Positions 39,082 to 51,169 of a DNA stretch of 64,000 nt are shown here, piece after piece. The notes beneath the pieces were generated by a model. That model was not told where the DNA came from. It made no database searches and saw only the letters and a list, made by a program, of their open reading frames with translations. This stretch comes from Octopus sinensis (lineage: Eukaryota). Both the position numbers and the translations under genes were made by a program. Where the stretch lies: the NCBI RefSeq assembly GCF_006345805.1, contig NC_042999.1, positions 95,542,001 to 95,606,000 of the forward strand, written 5' to 3'. Every line of letters begins with the position of its first letter. The stretch's first letter is position 1.

Positions 39082-40626
39082 TCTCTCTATATATAAAACT
39101 GAGAATGTCTGTCTGTCTGTCTGTGTGTTTCCCTAAAACTTGAGAACTACACAACCAATTTCATTCAAATTTTACACATGCCTTACTTAGTTCAACTTCT
39201 TGCCTAGGGCGAACCCATAGCAATATCATATCTTCTCCACTATTTCAGTATTACGTGTTAAACATTTCTCTATTTTATGTCAGATACTTTCACTTTAACA
39301 ATAAAAATTAGAGATAATAATAACAGTTGAATTATATGTAGTAAGTAATAATTAAAATCAAACTAAAGTATAATATAATCGTAACATAACAAAAGTAAAA
39401 ATAGCAATTGGTATAAAATTGCATCAATGACTTGAACTTGAATCAGTGGTTTCACATGAATGGGAATAAATTAAAAATAAAATTAGCGTGCAGAAATGGA
39501 ATAGTTCAGATGGAGGTGTGCACATACAGTTTACTACGGCTTCTACATTAGATTATCTGCTAATTAGCTAGCATTAAGTATCTATATGAAGTTTGGCTGT
39601 ATGTAATGTCTGTTTTCTCGAACAGCCGCTTCTACTGAGTACTGCTGTTGCTGTATTTCTTATACATAAAGGACTATAGCTTCAACTGCGTACTGCCTTT
39701 TGATTCACCGTAAGGTTTGTTGTTATTATTAATACTGTTAAACTATTGTTATCACGTTTGTTGGTTCCTCGTAAGGGAAACGTTGTTGTGTTGCATTTGT
39801 TAAATAATTGTAAACTATAACCCTCCCCCTTTGGGAGAAGGAGCTTTGGTTATTGTTTAAAAATTGAATTGTGGCCCTGTTTGGGGAAATTGACAACATT
39901 TTCACTGTTTACACGGAAGCATTTTTGTTAGAATGCCTTCGATAGAGGAAAGTCTAAAAATGAATTTCGCTGCAGCCGTCGGCGAGCGCGAACTCATTAA
40001 AATTAAAATGGAAAAAATACAAACCTATTTCAGATTGATCACTGACAAAGACGGTGAATCTAGGATAACACCACCAAATGAAATAAAAAATTAAATTAAA
40101 GAAAAGACTATTGTCTATAAAGTATATAATGTAGAGAAAAAAAAGATTTGAACACCTGGAGGAAAGCACCATTGAAAAGTGTCTTGGTGCGACTATGAAA
40201 GATATCTAACTAGAGGCAGTAAATTCGCCACAATAGAAGCAAGGTTCAAGTCAATGGAGCGTGCAAGGGAGTACTCGACTCGAACCTTGCAAAGTGGAAA
40301 TATTTTATTTTTACCTTTATATCTGGGACGTAGGACGTCCTGGATAAAAATTAAAAATGTCCCCCCAGAAGTAGAGGTAGGCTGGATTGTAGCCACACTT
40401 CTATACAAGAGGGAGGACAAGATACAATTGATCGAAATTGCAAGAGACGGGCCTACAATTCCAGTCTGTTATATATTTTGAGTATTGTTATCACTAGCGA
40501 TATCAAGATATAACTTTATATTTTGTATTTTATGTGTAGATGTATATATGTAGATGTACATGTAATATGTACACATATGTACATGCTCTAGCACTATGAC
40601 CCGGCAACGACGGGTCATAATGCTAG
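39082..40626 (+). mobile_element. Non-autonomous Helitron (DINE-1/HINE-like ends)
   Basis: 5' A|TCTCTCTATATATAAAA then (GTCT)n and actacacaaccaatttcattcaaattt. 3' hairpin CTAGCA-c-TATGACCCG-gcaacga-CGGGTCATA-a-TGCTAG ending CTAG|T at 40626. Insertion is between A and T with no TSD. Confidence 0.8.
39960..40450 (+). pseudogene. LINE ORF1 (gag-like, L1/Tx1-type) N-terminal fragment inside the Helitron
   Basis: MNFAAAVGERELIKIKMEKIQ..., one stop and one frameshift, then YLTRGSKFATIEARF...LPLYLGRRTSWIKIKNVPPEV. The xFAAAV start and PL...NVPP motif resemble Tx1/L1 ORF1. Confidence 0.5.
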
Positions 40627-40683
40627 TCTATAATAAAATGAATAATGGGCAAGTACATATACTGCACCTAATATGTATGTATG

Positions 40684-40717
<34 letters not shown>

Positions 40718-40989
40718 TATATATATTGTGTACAGATTTTATGTATTAAGAAAAAGTAAGTAGTCAGAATTCTTGATAATTATATATTTAGCTCTTTCAT
40801 TTCATTGCAGAGATTCATCAGGAATGAATTTTTTTACAGAAAACTTATACATTTTATATATATGTGAGTTAGTTGATAGCATTTGAATTTCAATTGGGAA
40901 GAGAATGTTCTTTGCAATTTTGAAACTATATATGTGTGTCTGTATGTGTGTGTGGTGAACTTTTGGAGGCTTGGTTAGAGGAAGGAAGA

Positions 40990-41432
40990 AAGCATTACTT
41001 TTGAGACAGTACTTCTTGATACACCAAACATTTTAGCGGTTTTCATTATGCTAGCACCTGCCATATGAGCACCAATAATTTTACCTCTCTGAAAATCCAA
41101 TAGATCAGTCATTTTAATAAATTTTAATTACCTTTTTCTGATGATATCTGAAAAGAAGCAACAATTTTAGCATAACATATTTAGCAAAGCATATTACATC
41201 AAAAGATATAAAAATAAATAAGCTTTTGATGGTTTTATAGATATTTCAAAATTATGATGCTCTGTACATTATATAATATATCCGGGGATCTGGGAAGCCA
41301 GAAGCCTGGTGCAGCCTTCTGGCTTCCCAGATCCCCGGTCGAACCGTCCAACCCATGCTAGCATGGAGAACGGACGTTAAACGATGATGATGATGATGTT
41401 AGGTGTTTCCATTATTTTGTCCAATCCCTGTA
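40990..41432 (-). mobile_element. Tc1 5' fragment (same family as 52004-53261) interrupted by a retroposon insertion
   Basis: TIR 41401-41430 is identical to 53232-53261 and is followed by TA. 41100-41262 matches the reverse complement of 52045-52200. Start MTDLLDFQRGKIIGAHMAGASIMK at ~41112. Confidence 0.9.
41282..41398 (+). mobile_element. 5'-truncated RTE tail with a perfect 23-bp 5' foldback
   Basis: 41282-41304 ccggggatctgggaagccagaag is the exact reverse complement of 41316-41338; the normal tail then runs to (GAT)n. Confidence 0.92.
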
Positions 41433-41479
41433 TCTATCAATCTAGGGCAGGTAAAATTCCCGAGATCCATAGATAAGTT

Positions 41480-41830
41480 CTCTCCAGCTGCCTTTGTCCA
41501 TCATCATCACTGCTGTGTCCTGTGTCAACTAGAGATTTGTGTTTCTCCTTGGGCATTAACATATGTCACCCTCGAACCCCCCTTTCTAGTGAGTCTGTGT
41601 AGGTGCTCCCACAGGAGCACAGAGTGCAGTATCAACTCTGAATGGCGGTGAGCATGTCCAGCTAACCTCAGTCTTTTCTGTGTTACTTTTGAGCTAACCC
41701 TTGGGAGGCTTTTGTACAGCTCTGAGTTCTCCATCCTCAGTGTATACTGATTAATCTTCAGAGCTATCCTCAGCATTCTCATGAAGACCCCATCTATTTG
41801 TTGCTACAAATACATCTTGCTATGCTATTT
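41480..41830 (-). mobile_element. RTE-clade LINE C-terminal fragment (second family)
   Basis: ORF 41525..41782: RMLRIAL, ELYKSLPRVS, RLRLAGHAHRH, LLWEHLHR. Confidence 0.8.
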
Positions 41831-42068
41831 TGAATTTTCCTTTTGATGTATGGAGATTGGGTAGAGGAGAAGTTCAAATATTTATGTGTGTCTGTGTTAT
41901 TTGTAATATATATATCTATGATATATTATTGTAGTAAGAAACTCTAGGGAAAGTTGAACAGCTAAAGTTCCTCGGAGAAGAAGACTCCTCATGCAAGTGT
42001 TTCAACCCTTAACAACTATAATAATTATATTTATTATGCATAATATGTAATATATATATATATCATAT

Positions 42069-42105
<37 letters not shown>

Positions 42106-42127
42106 TATATATATAATCCTTTCTATT

Positions 42128-42291
42128 ATAGGCATAAGGCCTGAAATTTGGGGGAGGGGGATAGTCGATTACATCAACCTCAGTACTCAACTGGTACTTA
42201 ATTTATCGACCCCAAAAGGATGAAAAGTAAAGTTGATCTTCACAGAATTTGAACTTAGAACATAGCAACGAGCGAAATACCGCTAAACATT
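42128..42291 (-). mobile_element. tRNA-derived SINE, family A, between (TA)n tracts
   Basis: gggggagggga tagtcgattacatcaacctcagtactcaactggtacttaatttatcgacccc matches the 19110 copy. Confidence 0.88.
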
Positions 42292-42351
42292 GTATATATA
42301 ATAAAATACATTTTGTATATTATATATCATATGTACATTATAATATATATA

Positions 42352-42382
<31 letters not shown>

Positions 42383-42389
<7 letters not shown>

Positions 42390-42492
42390 TCAGACTGGAG
42401 CCTGGTGCAGCCTCCTGGCTTCCCCAACCTCAGTCGAACCGTCCAACCTGTGCTAGCATGGAAAACGGACGTTAAATGATGATGATGATGAT
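42383..42492 (+). mobile_element. 5'-truncated RTE tail after (TA)n
   Basis: tcagatcagactggagcctggtgcagcc...gcatggaaaacggacgttaaa(tga)n. Confidence 0.9.
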
Positions 42493-42499
42493 ATGTTAT

Positions 42500-44375
42500 A
42501 TCATCATCATCATCATTTGACATCTGTTGTCTATGCTGGCATGGGTTGGACAGTTTAACTGGGCTAGCACACTGGAAAGCTACACCAGACTCCAGTTTGA
42601 TGTGACTCCTACTCATAGAGTGTAATGGGTGCTTTTACATGTCACTGGCATGGGTACCAATTGTATGATACCGGTATCTGAAACAACTGCAATTTTGCTC
42701 AGTGTTTATTGCCCCTGAGCATTTGCCACACACAAAAACTATTTTCCCAATTAGCCTTCCTTTGATATTGCTGCACGTCTTATGTGACCATAGCTTACAC
42801 TGAGTACATCTTATGGAGTTTCTACCTACACCTTTTCTACAGATCGAGCAGGGCCATCTACCTGAAGGGGTGTGTGCTGTGTTCACCTTCCTACTTACTA
42901 GAACTTTGGTCTTTGCGGCATTGACTCTAAGGCCTTTCAATTCTAAACCTTGCTTCCGCACCTGAAATTTCTTCTCTAATTCTGGTAGTAGTGATTCTGC
43001 TATGAGGGCCAAGTAATCAGCATAGAGGAGCTCCCAGGGGCAACCTGTCTTGAATTCCTCTGTTATTGCCTGGAGGACTATGATGAATAAGAGGGGGCTG
43101 AGAGCTGATCCTTGGTGGATTCCTACTTCTACCCGGAATTCTTCACTATACTCATTGCCAACCATAACCTTACTAATGGCATCTCTGTATAGGTCCTGTA
43201 CAGTCCTTATTAACCAGTCATCAATCTCCAGTTTCTGTATCACCTACTAGATAGAGGATTGGTGAAACCCTGTCAAAGGCTTTCTCCAAGTCCACTAAAG
43301 CCAAGTATAGGGGTTTATCTTTGGGTAGGTATTTCTCCTGTAGTTGCCGTACCAGAAATATAGCATCAGTGGTGCTTCTACCTGGCACAAAACCGAATTG
43401 CATCTCATCTAAGCAAACTCTCTCCCTAATTGGTTGGGCTATGACCCTCTCTGTGACCTTCATCACCTGATTCAGCAGTTGGATACCCCTGTAGTTCTAT
43501 CTAAAGCATCACCTTTACCTTTGTAGCAGTTGACTATGGTGCTGTTACACTGGCCATTGGGTATGACTTCATCATGAATTACCTGGTTTATGAGTGACTA
43601 GGCCATGTCCCGCACCACCAGATGTTTTAAGTATGTCAGCAGTGATTCCTGTTCAGCTGGTGGCTTTTCTTGGCTTCATACTCTTAATTGCTTTATCTAC
43701 CAGGGTGCTATCTATTCGGATAGCTGGTCCCTCTACTGGGCCAACATTTGGCAGGCTCTTCTCCTTCAGTAAGCTGTCCCATAGGAATTTCCAGCTGCCT
43801 TCTATGTCTGAGGTCTGTAGCTCCTCCTGCCTCTCATCAAATTTCTTGATGAGTATGTCCCTAAATCTCTGACCATGTGAAGCGTTCTTTAGCTTCCAAA
43901 TCCTTCTTTTTTGGATTGGTCTGCTTCTTGGCATCCTTCTGGCCTTGAGTCTTAAGTCACTAATGACTAGTGCATTCTGGCGGGTATATTCTTTGTATTT
44001 AAGGTCTTTGTATTTAAGAGCAACCCTGTGTCTCATGGTCTGGTGAGAATGAAATCAATCTGGCTAGCAGAGTCACCTGACTGATAGGTTATCAGGTGGC
44101 TGTCTGGCTTCCTGAAGTTAGTGTTGCAGATTAAAAGGTTACATGCATCATAGAACTCTAGTAGCCCATTTCCTTCATCATTTCAGGAACTAATACCATG
44201 GCCCCTGTGTACACCAGTAAAGATACAGGATTGCCACCCAACATGCCCATTAAAATCTTCAGCTGTAAAGATAAGGTCATTGTCAATCATTTTTGAGGTA
44301 TCCTGTAGAAGGGTATCATAAAAATGGTCCTTCTGATCATTTGGTAGGCCCACTTGTGGGGCGTAGGTAGAGATA
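42500..44375 (-). mobile_element. RTE LINE, internally deleted, with APE and RT domains plus tail
   Basis: APE: YAPQVGLP...EDFNGHVG...NTNFRKPDSHLITY...QIDFIL. RT: MQFGFVPGRSTTDAIF, VDLEKAFDRV, VGIHQGSALSPLLF, LLYADYLAL, VNAAKTK. Cys-rich PCSICRKGVG...CTQCKLW segment, then a (CAT)n tail at 42500. Confidence 0.93.
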
Positions 44376-46385
44376 ATTGTAGCTGTGCTGTTCTACAAAA
44401 AAGTGTGCACTATTTATGTATTTATGCATTGCATTATTTATGTATTGTAATTCCTGAAAATGAAGCTTCTGAAGAAAAATTTTAATGCAAGATGTACAGT
44501 ATGTTATTCTAAAGTTTTTGAACATACCCACCTATTTCTTTATTTCACCTTGTAGCGGTTGATAAAAGCTGTGAACATTGCCTTTCCTCTTTTGAACTAA
44601 CTAATTGAAAGATACATTAATAGTAACAGTCTATTCAAATATTTCAGATATCTTTAATTTAGAAAGTGCTTTGACTGATTGTTTTTTCAAATGAAACCTA
44701 GTTTACTATTTACTGATTATTCAAAAGGTTTTTGTGTGAAATATAATCTATAAAGTCATTAATTTCACCAGTATACAAAGGAACACTTAATGATTAGTTT
44801 AATGAGAGAAAAAAATTGAAGAATTTTTCATTTGAACATTCCTGACCCCATTGAAATATAAATACATCCTCTTCAATTAATGGCATCAAACATATCTTAA
44901 GGGATATACTTTTCATATTGTTATATAAACAGTTGAAACACTGTCCAATGAAATTGCTAAATCTATCACATATTAAAATATTTTCTCTGTAGACAGATAA
45001 AAAAATATTTGAGGTTTATTAGTTAAGTATATAAATAGATAATACTTTTGCTTGATGCTTGACATATTTATTTACAAACACAAATATTTCAGTGAACTCT
45101 ATTTATCATATTGTTCAGAACAAACATTTACATTTGTTGTCTCATTGATTATGTCTTTTCAAAGAATGCAACATATATATATATGAATCTGATGTTATAA
45201 ATAATGTATAAGCGACAGTGTATACAACTGACCAAATATGTGGCTAAAGAAAAGTGTTGATATTCTATTATAGTATCTAAAGTTTGAGAAGATTGGAAGG
45301 TGTCTAGTGAGTTGTTGGGTCTATTTGTTACTAAATAATTATGTTTCTGTAATAAATGTATGTATTATTAATGTCAACTGTGTATTGCAGTACGACAAAA
45401 GAACTTCAGTTGTAAAATTAAATAACAAGCAGTAATTGGTGAAAAACTAGACTGATCCTTGGCATATACCTTGTGTATAATTTAAGTGTAAATAAAATGA
45501 GAACTCTATTGAGTATCAAAATCAACTGTTGGTATGAACATAATCTGCAAGTAGATAATACTGTGAATTTTTTAATCAAATACAAATATTTTCAAACCTA
45601 CAATATTTTGGTATAAACCAGGAAACAGAAAAGGGAGATGTGAAAGAAGCAGGAATGTCTAGAACAACTAACATCAACCAATTTGAATACTAGTTAACTA
45701 CAACATTCTGGAAATCAATTAGATAAATATTTATTGGATTATTTTGGATGAGCTAACAGAAATGTAAGTGTAACTGCATTGACTGTGAAAAGTGAAATAA
45801 TAAAACAATGAAACTATAGTCAAATTTTTGGAAAAGTTAACTAGACTTAGTGAACAAAAATAGTGTAGACTAAATTGATTAAAGGAAGCCAGAAGTGATA
45901 GAATTATAGTTTAGTTCAATTGTTTTCTTAAACTTACTATTCTTAAAAATGTCTTTCAGTACCTTGTGTTTATACTTCATTATCTTTTAAATCTTTTGTT
46001 ATAAATGTTTTAAAACTGCCATCCTGACATTATTTTATATGAAAAACATTTCTTTTTTCTTAGTTGAAAAAGAATTATTATGGTTAGAGTGTTAGTGAAA
46101 AAATATTGACGTGCAGCTGAGCTTTATCTTTGCTTCTTCATAGCCTATATGCTCTGCTTTAGATATTTTTACTAATTTGAGAATAATAATGACCTCAAGT
46201 ACTTATTTTAGGCAACTCTTTAGAACAGAAGTTTAGCTCAAAAAATTTGAGATACATAATTACTCTTACTAAGATGAATTTCTAACATTTAATTAAATGT
46301 TCTATGCACTTGACTATAGCTATTATTCTTTACAAATTTTGCAGTCCTTTATTTTACATAAATACTTTTTTCTTTTGTTTTGCAG

Positions 46386-46567
46386 GCTTTGGGCTGAAGT
46401 ATTTCGGGTTCATGGAGATGGGGAGTACATGCGATGGGAACGTGTATCAGATGATGTGGTGCCTGTGAACATATCCTGTATTGAAGATACTCCGGACACA
46501 ATATTTCAAATAACTGCTTACAATCGACATGTGGAGAAAATATTTGATGTTAAAATAGTCCAACCAG
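46386..46567 (+). CDS. sif: Internal coding exon of still life (SIF type 1 / TIAM1-2 family) homolog, first half of EVH1/WH1-like domain
   Basis: ttttgcAG|G CTT TGG... to ...CCA G|GTAAGT; 182 nt, phase 2 to 1. Translation (R)LWAEVFRVHGDGEYMRWERVSDDVVPVNISCIEDTPDTIFQITAYNRHVEKIFDVKIVQP(G) closely resembles recalled Drosophila SIF RLWAEVFHV...WQQVSEDLVPVNITCIQDSPECIFHITAYNSQVDKILDVRLVQPG. Confidence 0.93.
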
Positions 46568-47289
46568 GTAAGTACCTAAACATCTGGATATAAACAATTT
46601 TGTATGTTACTCTTCTTGAGTTCTAGTTTCTAGGTTTTATTAGAAAGGACGTAAATGTATAAAGTAGGAGAAAATGAGAAACCAATTTCCATTTCCAAAT
46701 GTTGCACTTATTAAAAAAGGATAAGTGTACTTGAGATATACATGAAATAAATTTCGAATGAAAACATGTAAATTATGTAAATTTATAAATATGCTATTAT
46801 TTCTTAATAAATATCATTTTATTGCCTATAATCTTTTCCAAAAATGATTGGTATTCTGTTGGTATGTTAATATTACATGAAAAGATATCAGAATGTACAT
46901 TGAGAGACCAATTCAAATGTATTTGCAACAAAACAATTAATTTTTTTCATATCATAATTTTCGTATGAAGAATTCTTTATTCCTTATTTATTTGATTGTA
47001 GAACTGGTAAAAGAAAAAAGAGTAACTAAAAAGGGCTGCACCAAGTTAACTGAAACTATAGGAATAGTTCTTGTAGTTAATTACTGAAATTATAACTTTT
47101 TTTCCATGCAATGTAGTTATTGTAGTGAAATATCAATACATCTTATTTCAGTTGATCTAGATTAAATGTATTTTGTTTTTTATTGTTTACCTTATTTCTC
47201 ACCCACAGCTTTATTAGTCAGATATTTCCTTTGTGTGTGTGTGTTTATGTGTATGTGTGTATACATATATGTATGTATATTATTAACAT

Positions 47290-48230
47290 AATCATCATCA
47301 CTTAGTGTCTGCTCTCTGGATGTTTTGACAGGATCCAATGGATCAGAGGATCACATCTTGCTCCAGTGTCATAGTTTTGGCATGAGTTTTACAGTTGGAT
47401 GATCCTCTAACATCAATAACTTTACAGGGTATATTTGGGTGCTTTTTTACATGGCAAGTTAAGAGATTGGGTGAATGCCTTAAGCAATTGTTGAGAGGTT
47501 AAAATATGATAAGGAGAGTAGGAACAAGCTTGCTGTTTATAAGGGAGATTCATTACTACCTTGTAGAGAAGATTCATACCTTCAGTTTCTCCCATATGAA
47601 TGAGGGAAACTACAGTAGGAACACAAAAGAAGTAAATACAGTGATGACGAGTTGCTAGAAATTATCATCATGTTGTCATGCCAAGAGATGTGTATAAGAT
47701 GTATATAGTGGGGGCACAAAAGAACCACTGACAGTGGTGAGTCAGGATGTAAGATAGTTGGAGGAGAGTGAAATGGATATAAACCTGTGAAAGAGGTCAG
47801 GTATATATAGGAGATGAAGGTTGCAAATGGTGAACAAGGATGGTCAGTATGAGTGTATACAATAAGAATTGTATACACTCATACTAATTGAGTTCAGAGA
47901 AGAGAGAATGGTGACCAATAATACACAGATGGAAATATAGCATATAGTAACAGGTTTGTTTTCATTGCTTACATTAGCAGAATGGGATTGGATGTGGTTG
48001 TGTTTGGTAAGAATGAAGAATAGATGTCTATAGAAAATAGCTGAGGTCAGAGGTTACAAGTGGGGGAAACAGAACAATGGATATGAACAACGAGTATGTG
48101 CGGAGAGTATTGGAAATAAAAGTAAGAAATGAATATCAATAAGAAGTAGCTTGGATAAGTGACCCAATCATCTGGGTGGAGATGGGTCTATATTATGTGC
48201 ATTATGAGTTAGCAGCCTGAGTCATGATAT
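47290..48230 (-). mobile_element. Decayed RTE tail plus 3' UTR
   Basis: catcatcacttagtgtctgc...tttacagttggatgatcctctaac...gggtgctttttacatggca, followed by a purine-rich UTR-like region. Confidence 0.6.
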
Positions 48231-49659
48231 GCCAGCAAGGCTGGGCAAGTCTTCCTGAGTACTGTATAAGGCCAATCATCCTTTGTTATCTCTTATGCAA
48301 GTCTCAGCAGCCTAAAGTCAACCTTCATCCATCCTATATCTTCATGGATCCTTTCCATTACGTATACATGTACATGTATATTTATACAGGTTGGCTGGCA
48401 AGTAAGCATGCATATGTACATACCTGTCTACATACATGCATGCATATGTAAAACCTGCCTACACACATGCATGCATATGTGTTTACATATATATGCACAT
48501 ATGCATGTAATTTCATAACTACAATCATATTAGGGCATAACAAATATATTTCATCTCACCTACCTCATTGCAATGTGTGTCAACACTTTCTCTACCAAGT
48601 TCTTTATCTGCTCAGATTATATCTCTGATTCTATTTTATGCACTTGCTTTATACTCTAACCATATGCACCTCTACATAGATGACATTATATCGTTCATCT
48701 CCAACTTCTACTTTCAGACATCTTTTGCATTCAGTTCCAACACTCTAAGCAAATATGACAGTTTTCACAAACTAAGATATTTATTCATCATAAAGTGTGT
48801 GTGTGTGTGTGTGTGTGTTGGGGACTGGGAAAAGTATCATGACAATCTAGTGTCAGTTATCAGCACTAAAACATAGATACATATCTCAAGGAAATGTGCA
48901 AATATGTCTACTATACCTTAGGCAAAATGTACTACTAATGCCTTTACACTTCCTTCAAATGTTAGTCTTAGAATCTTTGTTGACCTCTCATAATGGCAAT
49001 GCATAAGAATGCCACTTAATCAAGGTCACAAAACTTCCCTTTCAACATCAGAAAATACAACCACTTATGTAAGTTGATGTTATACAAAGCACACAGAGCA
49101 GGCATATCATGCATATTCGCATTCTGATCTACATTTTTTTCTAAGCAAATATCCAGTGGTCTTAAGTCATGTGCAAACTATAGATCCTATTTTTCCTTTT
49201 CTAAGATGATTTTTTTTACTTCTTCCAACTAGTATTTTGTCTCATGGACATTTACTTCACCTCAAAACAGGGCAAGGTTTCCTAGAAATAAATCAGATAT
49301 TTTCTTATATAAATTCTAAATTTATAAATTTACTTAGGCTTTATAATCTCAATGAAATTTCACTATATAAAATATCAAATGTTGGTTTTGAAGCAAATGT
49401 AGCTGTGTATTATCTTATTAATTATAATGTAGCCTGTTAGTAATTTTCAGGTGAAAAGTGCTGATGGATCTTTTAATAACAACACTAACCAGCAAATTTT
49501 ATTTGGTATCTTCTTATGCTGGAAAAGTCAAGAGTTGTATATTGCTGACCTAGGTCCTCTTGATGATATTTCTTACCTTTTAACTATATCTTAGTCCAAG
49601 CCACTTTTGATTGTCAGTCTATTGAATTTTAAGTACATTATAATGGAAGTACCTTTTTG

Positions 49660-49900
49660 ATGCATGGCTTAGAGCAATTAGGGTATTGCACTCATGATTG
49701 TGAGATTGTGGTTTCAATTCCCAGACCAAACGTTGCAGTGTGTTCTTCAGCAAAACACTTCATTTCATGTTGCTCTGTGATCATTTTGTCATCTGACATG
49801 TGGCACATGGTGCACCTGTACAGGTAATGTCAATTTGATGGAGGGAATGAGCTTATGTGAACACAAACATTTGATCACTATAAACAAATCATCTGTATGG
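49660..49900 (+). mobile_element. tRNA-derived SINE (CORE-like family), decayed
   Basis: B-box-like ggtttcaattcccag, then gtgttcttcagcaaaacacttcatttcatgttgctc, as in the 61040 copy. Confidence 0.65.
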
Positions 49901-49931
49901 CCTAATGATGAGAGAGTCCATTATATATATA

Positions 49932-50028
49932 TCATCATCATCATCATTTAACGTCCGCTTTCCATGCTAGCATGGGTTGGATGGTTCAACTGGGGTCTGG
50001 GGAGCCCGAAAGCTGCACCAGTCCAGTC
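49932..50028 (-). mobile_element. 5'-truncated RTE tail flanked by (TA)n on both sides
   Basis: tatatata-tcatcatcatcatcatttaacgtccgctttccatgctagcatggg...ccagtccagtc-atatatatat. Confidence 0.9.
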
Positions 50029-50438
50029 ATATATATATATATATGTATCATAATAATAATATTAGGGAGTATAACTCCAAACTTACAGGGAAAAATTCAA
50101 TTTAGTATTAAATCAAATTTCACAGTATAAATATAAAATATGAATTAGAATAAAATTAAATATTGGGCTATAACTGAGTTAAGGATATTCGAGAGTTTAT
50201 TATGTTTTTTTAAAGCCATATTATATCTTTATAGGTAAATACATATTTCTATCTATTTTTTTACATTAAAAATAAATATTTAACATAATAAATGTGTTGT
50301 AGGAAATAATCCTAATGTTTTAAGTTTCTAATTTAGATAATGGAGTTTTTTCTATAAGAAAAAATATTATTTTATTTATTTCTTAAATAAATATTGTTTT
50401 AACTCTATTTGCTTATTTATTTAACTATTATCATTAAC

Positions 50439-50532
50439 CTGAAGATTGACTATAATTTTAATTCGAATTTATTTCAATTGAATTTAAACTTAATGGTAAT
50501 TTGAATTTAATTATAGCCATGAAACATACGTA
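50439..50532 (+). ncRNA. Hammerhead-ribozyme-like motif with long AU-rich stem II
   Basis: CUGAAGA-U-UGACUAUAAUU...AAUUAUAGCCA-U-GAAA-C-AUAC-GUA. Stem II pairs 10 of 11 (one A.C mismatch) and extends imperfectly. Helix III is AC/GU around AUAC. Helix I is weak. Confidence 0.55.
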
Positions 50533-50709
50533 GTGTTTTTACTTATTATATTATATTTATCATTCATTTTATACTTTTTGAAAATAAAAAAATATATATA
50601 TATATTATATTAATTATATATATTATTTGTTATTTATGTCTATCACTGTTTGAGTTGCATAATGGTGGTTTTATCTCTAATTCATATTTTATATATATAT
50701 ATATATTGT

Positions 50710-51138
50710 GGCTGAAGCTGGTATCACATAACTGGCACCTGTGCTGGTGGCACGTAAAATACACCTTTCAAGCATTGGGCCTCACAGAGACAAAGTGCTC
50801 AATTCTGGTGGCATGTGAAAAGCTTCTTTCAAGTGGTGTTCTCACGGAGACAATGACTCAAACCTTTGGCATTATGTCGTACTTGAGAAGAAGACCCATC
50901 AAGCCAAGTAAAATCACAGTTATGGCAGATACTGGTGTCATGCAAATAGCAGCCATGCTGGTGGCATGTGAAAGCACCCATTACACTCTCGGAGTGGTTG
51001 GCATTAGGAAAAGTATCCAGCTGTAGAAACCATACCAAATCAAACTGGGGTCTGGTGCAGCGTTCCAGTGTACCAGCCCTGGTCAAACTCTCTAACCCAT
51101 GTCAGCATGGACAATGGATACTAAATGATGATGATGAT
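50710..51138 (+). mobile_element. RTE-tail element with modular 5' part
   Basis: Three gtgctggtggcacgtaaaa-like modules, then attacactctcggagtggttggcattaggaaaagtatccagctgtagaaac...gcatggacaatggatactaaa(tga)n. Confidence 0.85.
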
Positions 51139-51169
51139 GGTGTGTGTGTGTGTATATTGATTAACAGAT

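Noticed and set aside
46297-46385. In-frame ATG extension upstream of the sif exon (ORF 46297..46593)
   Set aside because: The extension translates a polypyrimidine tract (FFLLFC) ending in a strong ttttgcag acceptor; this is chance openness.
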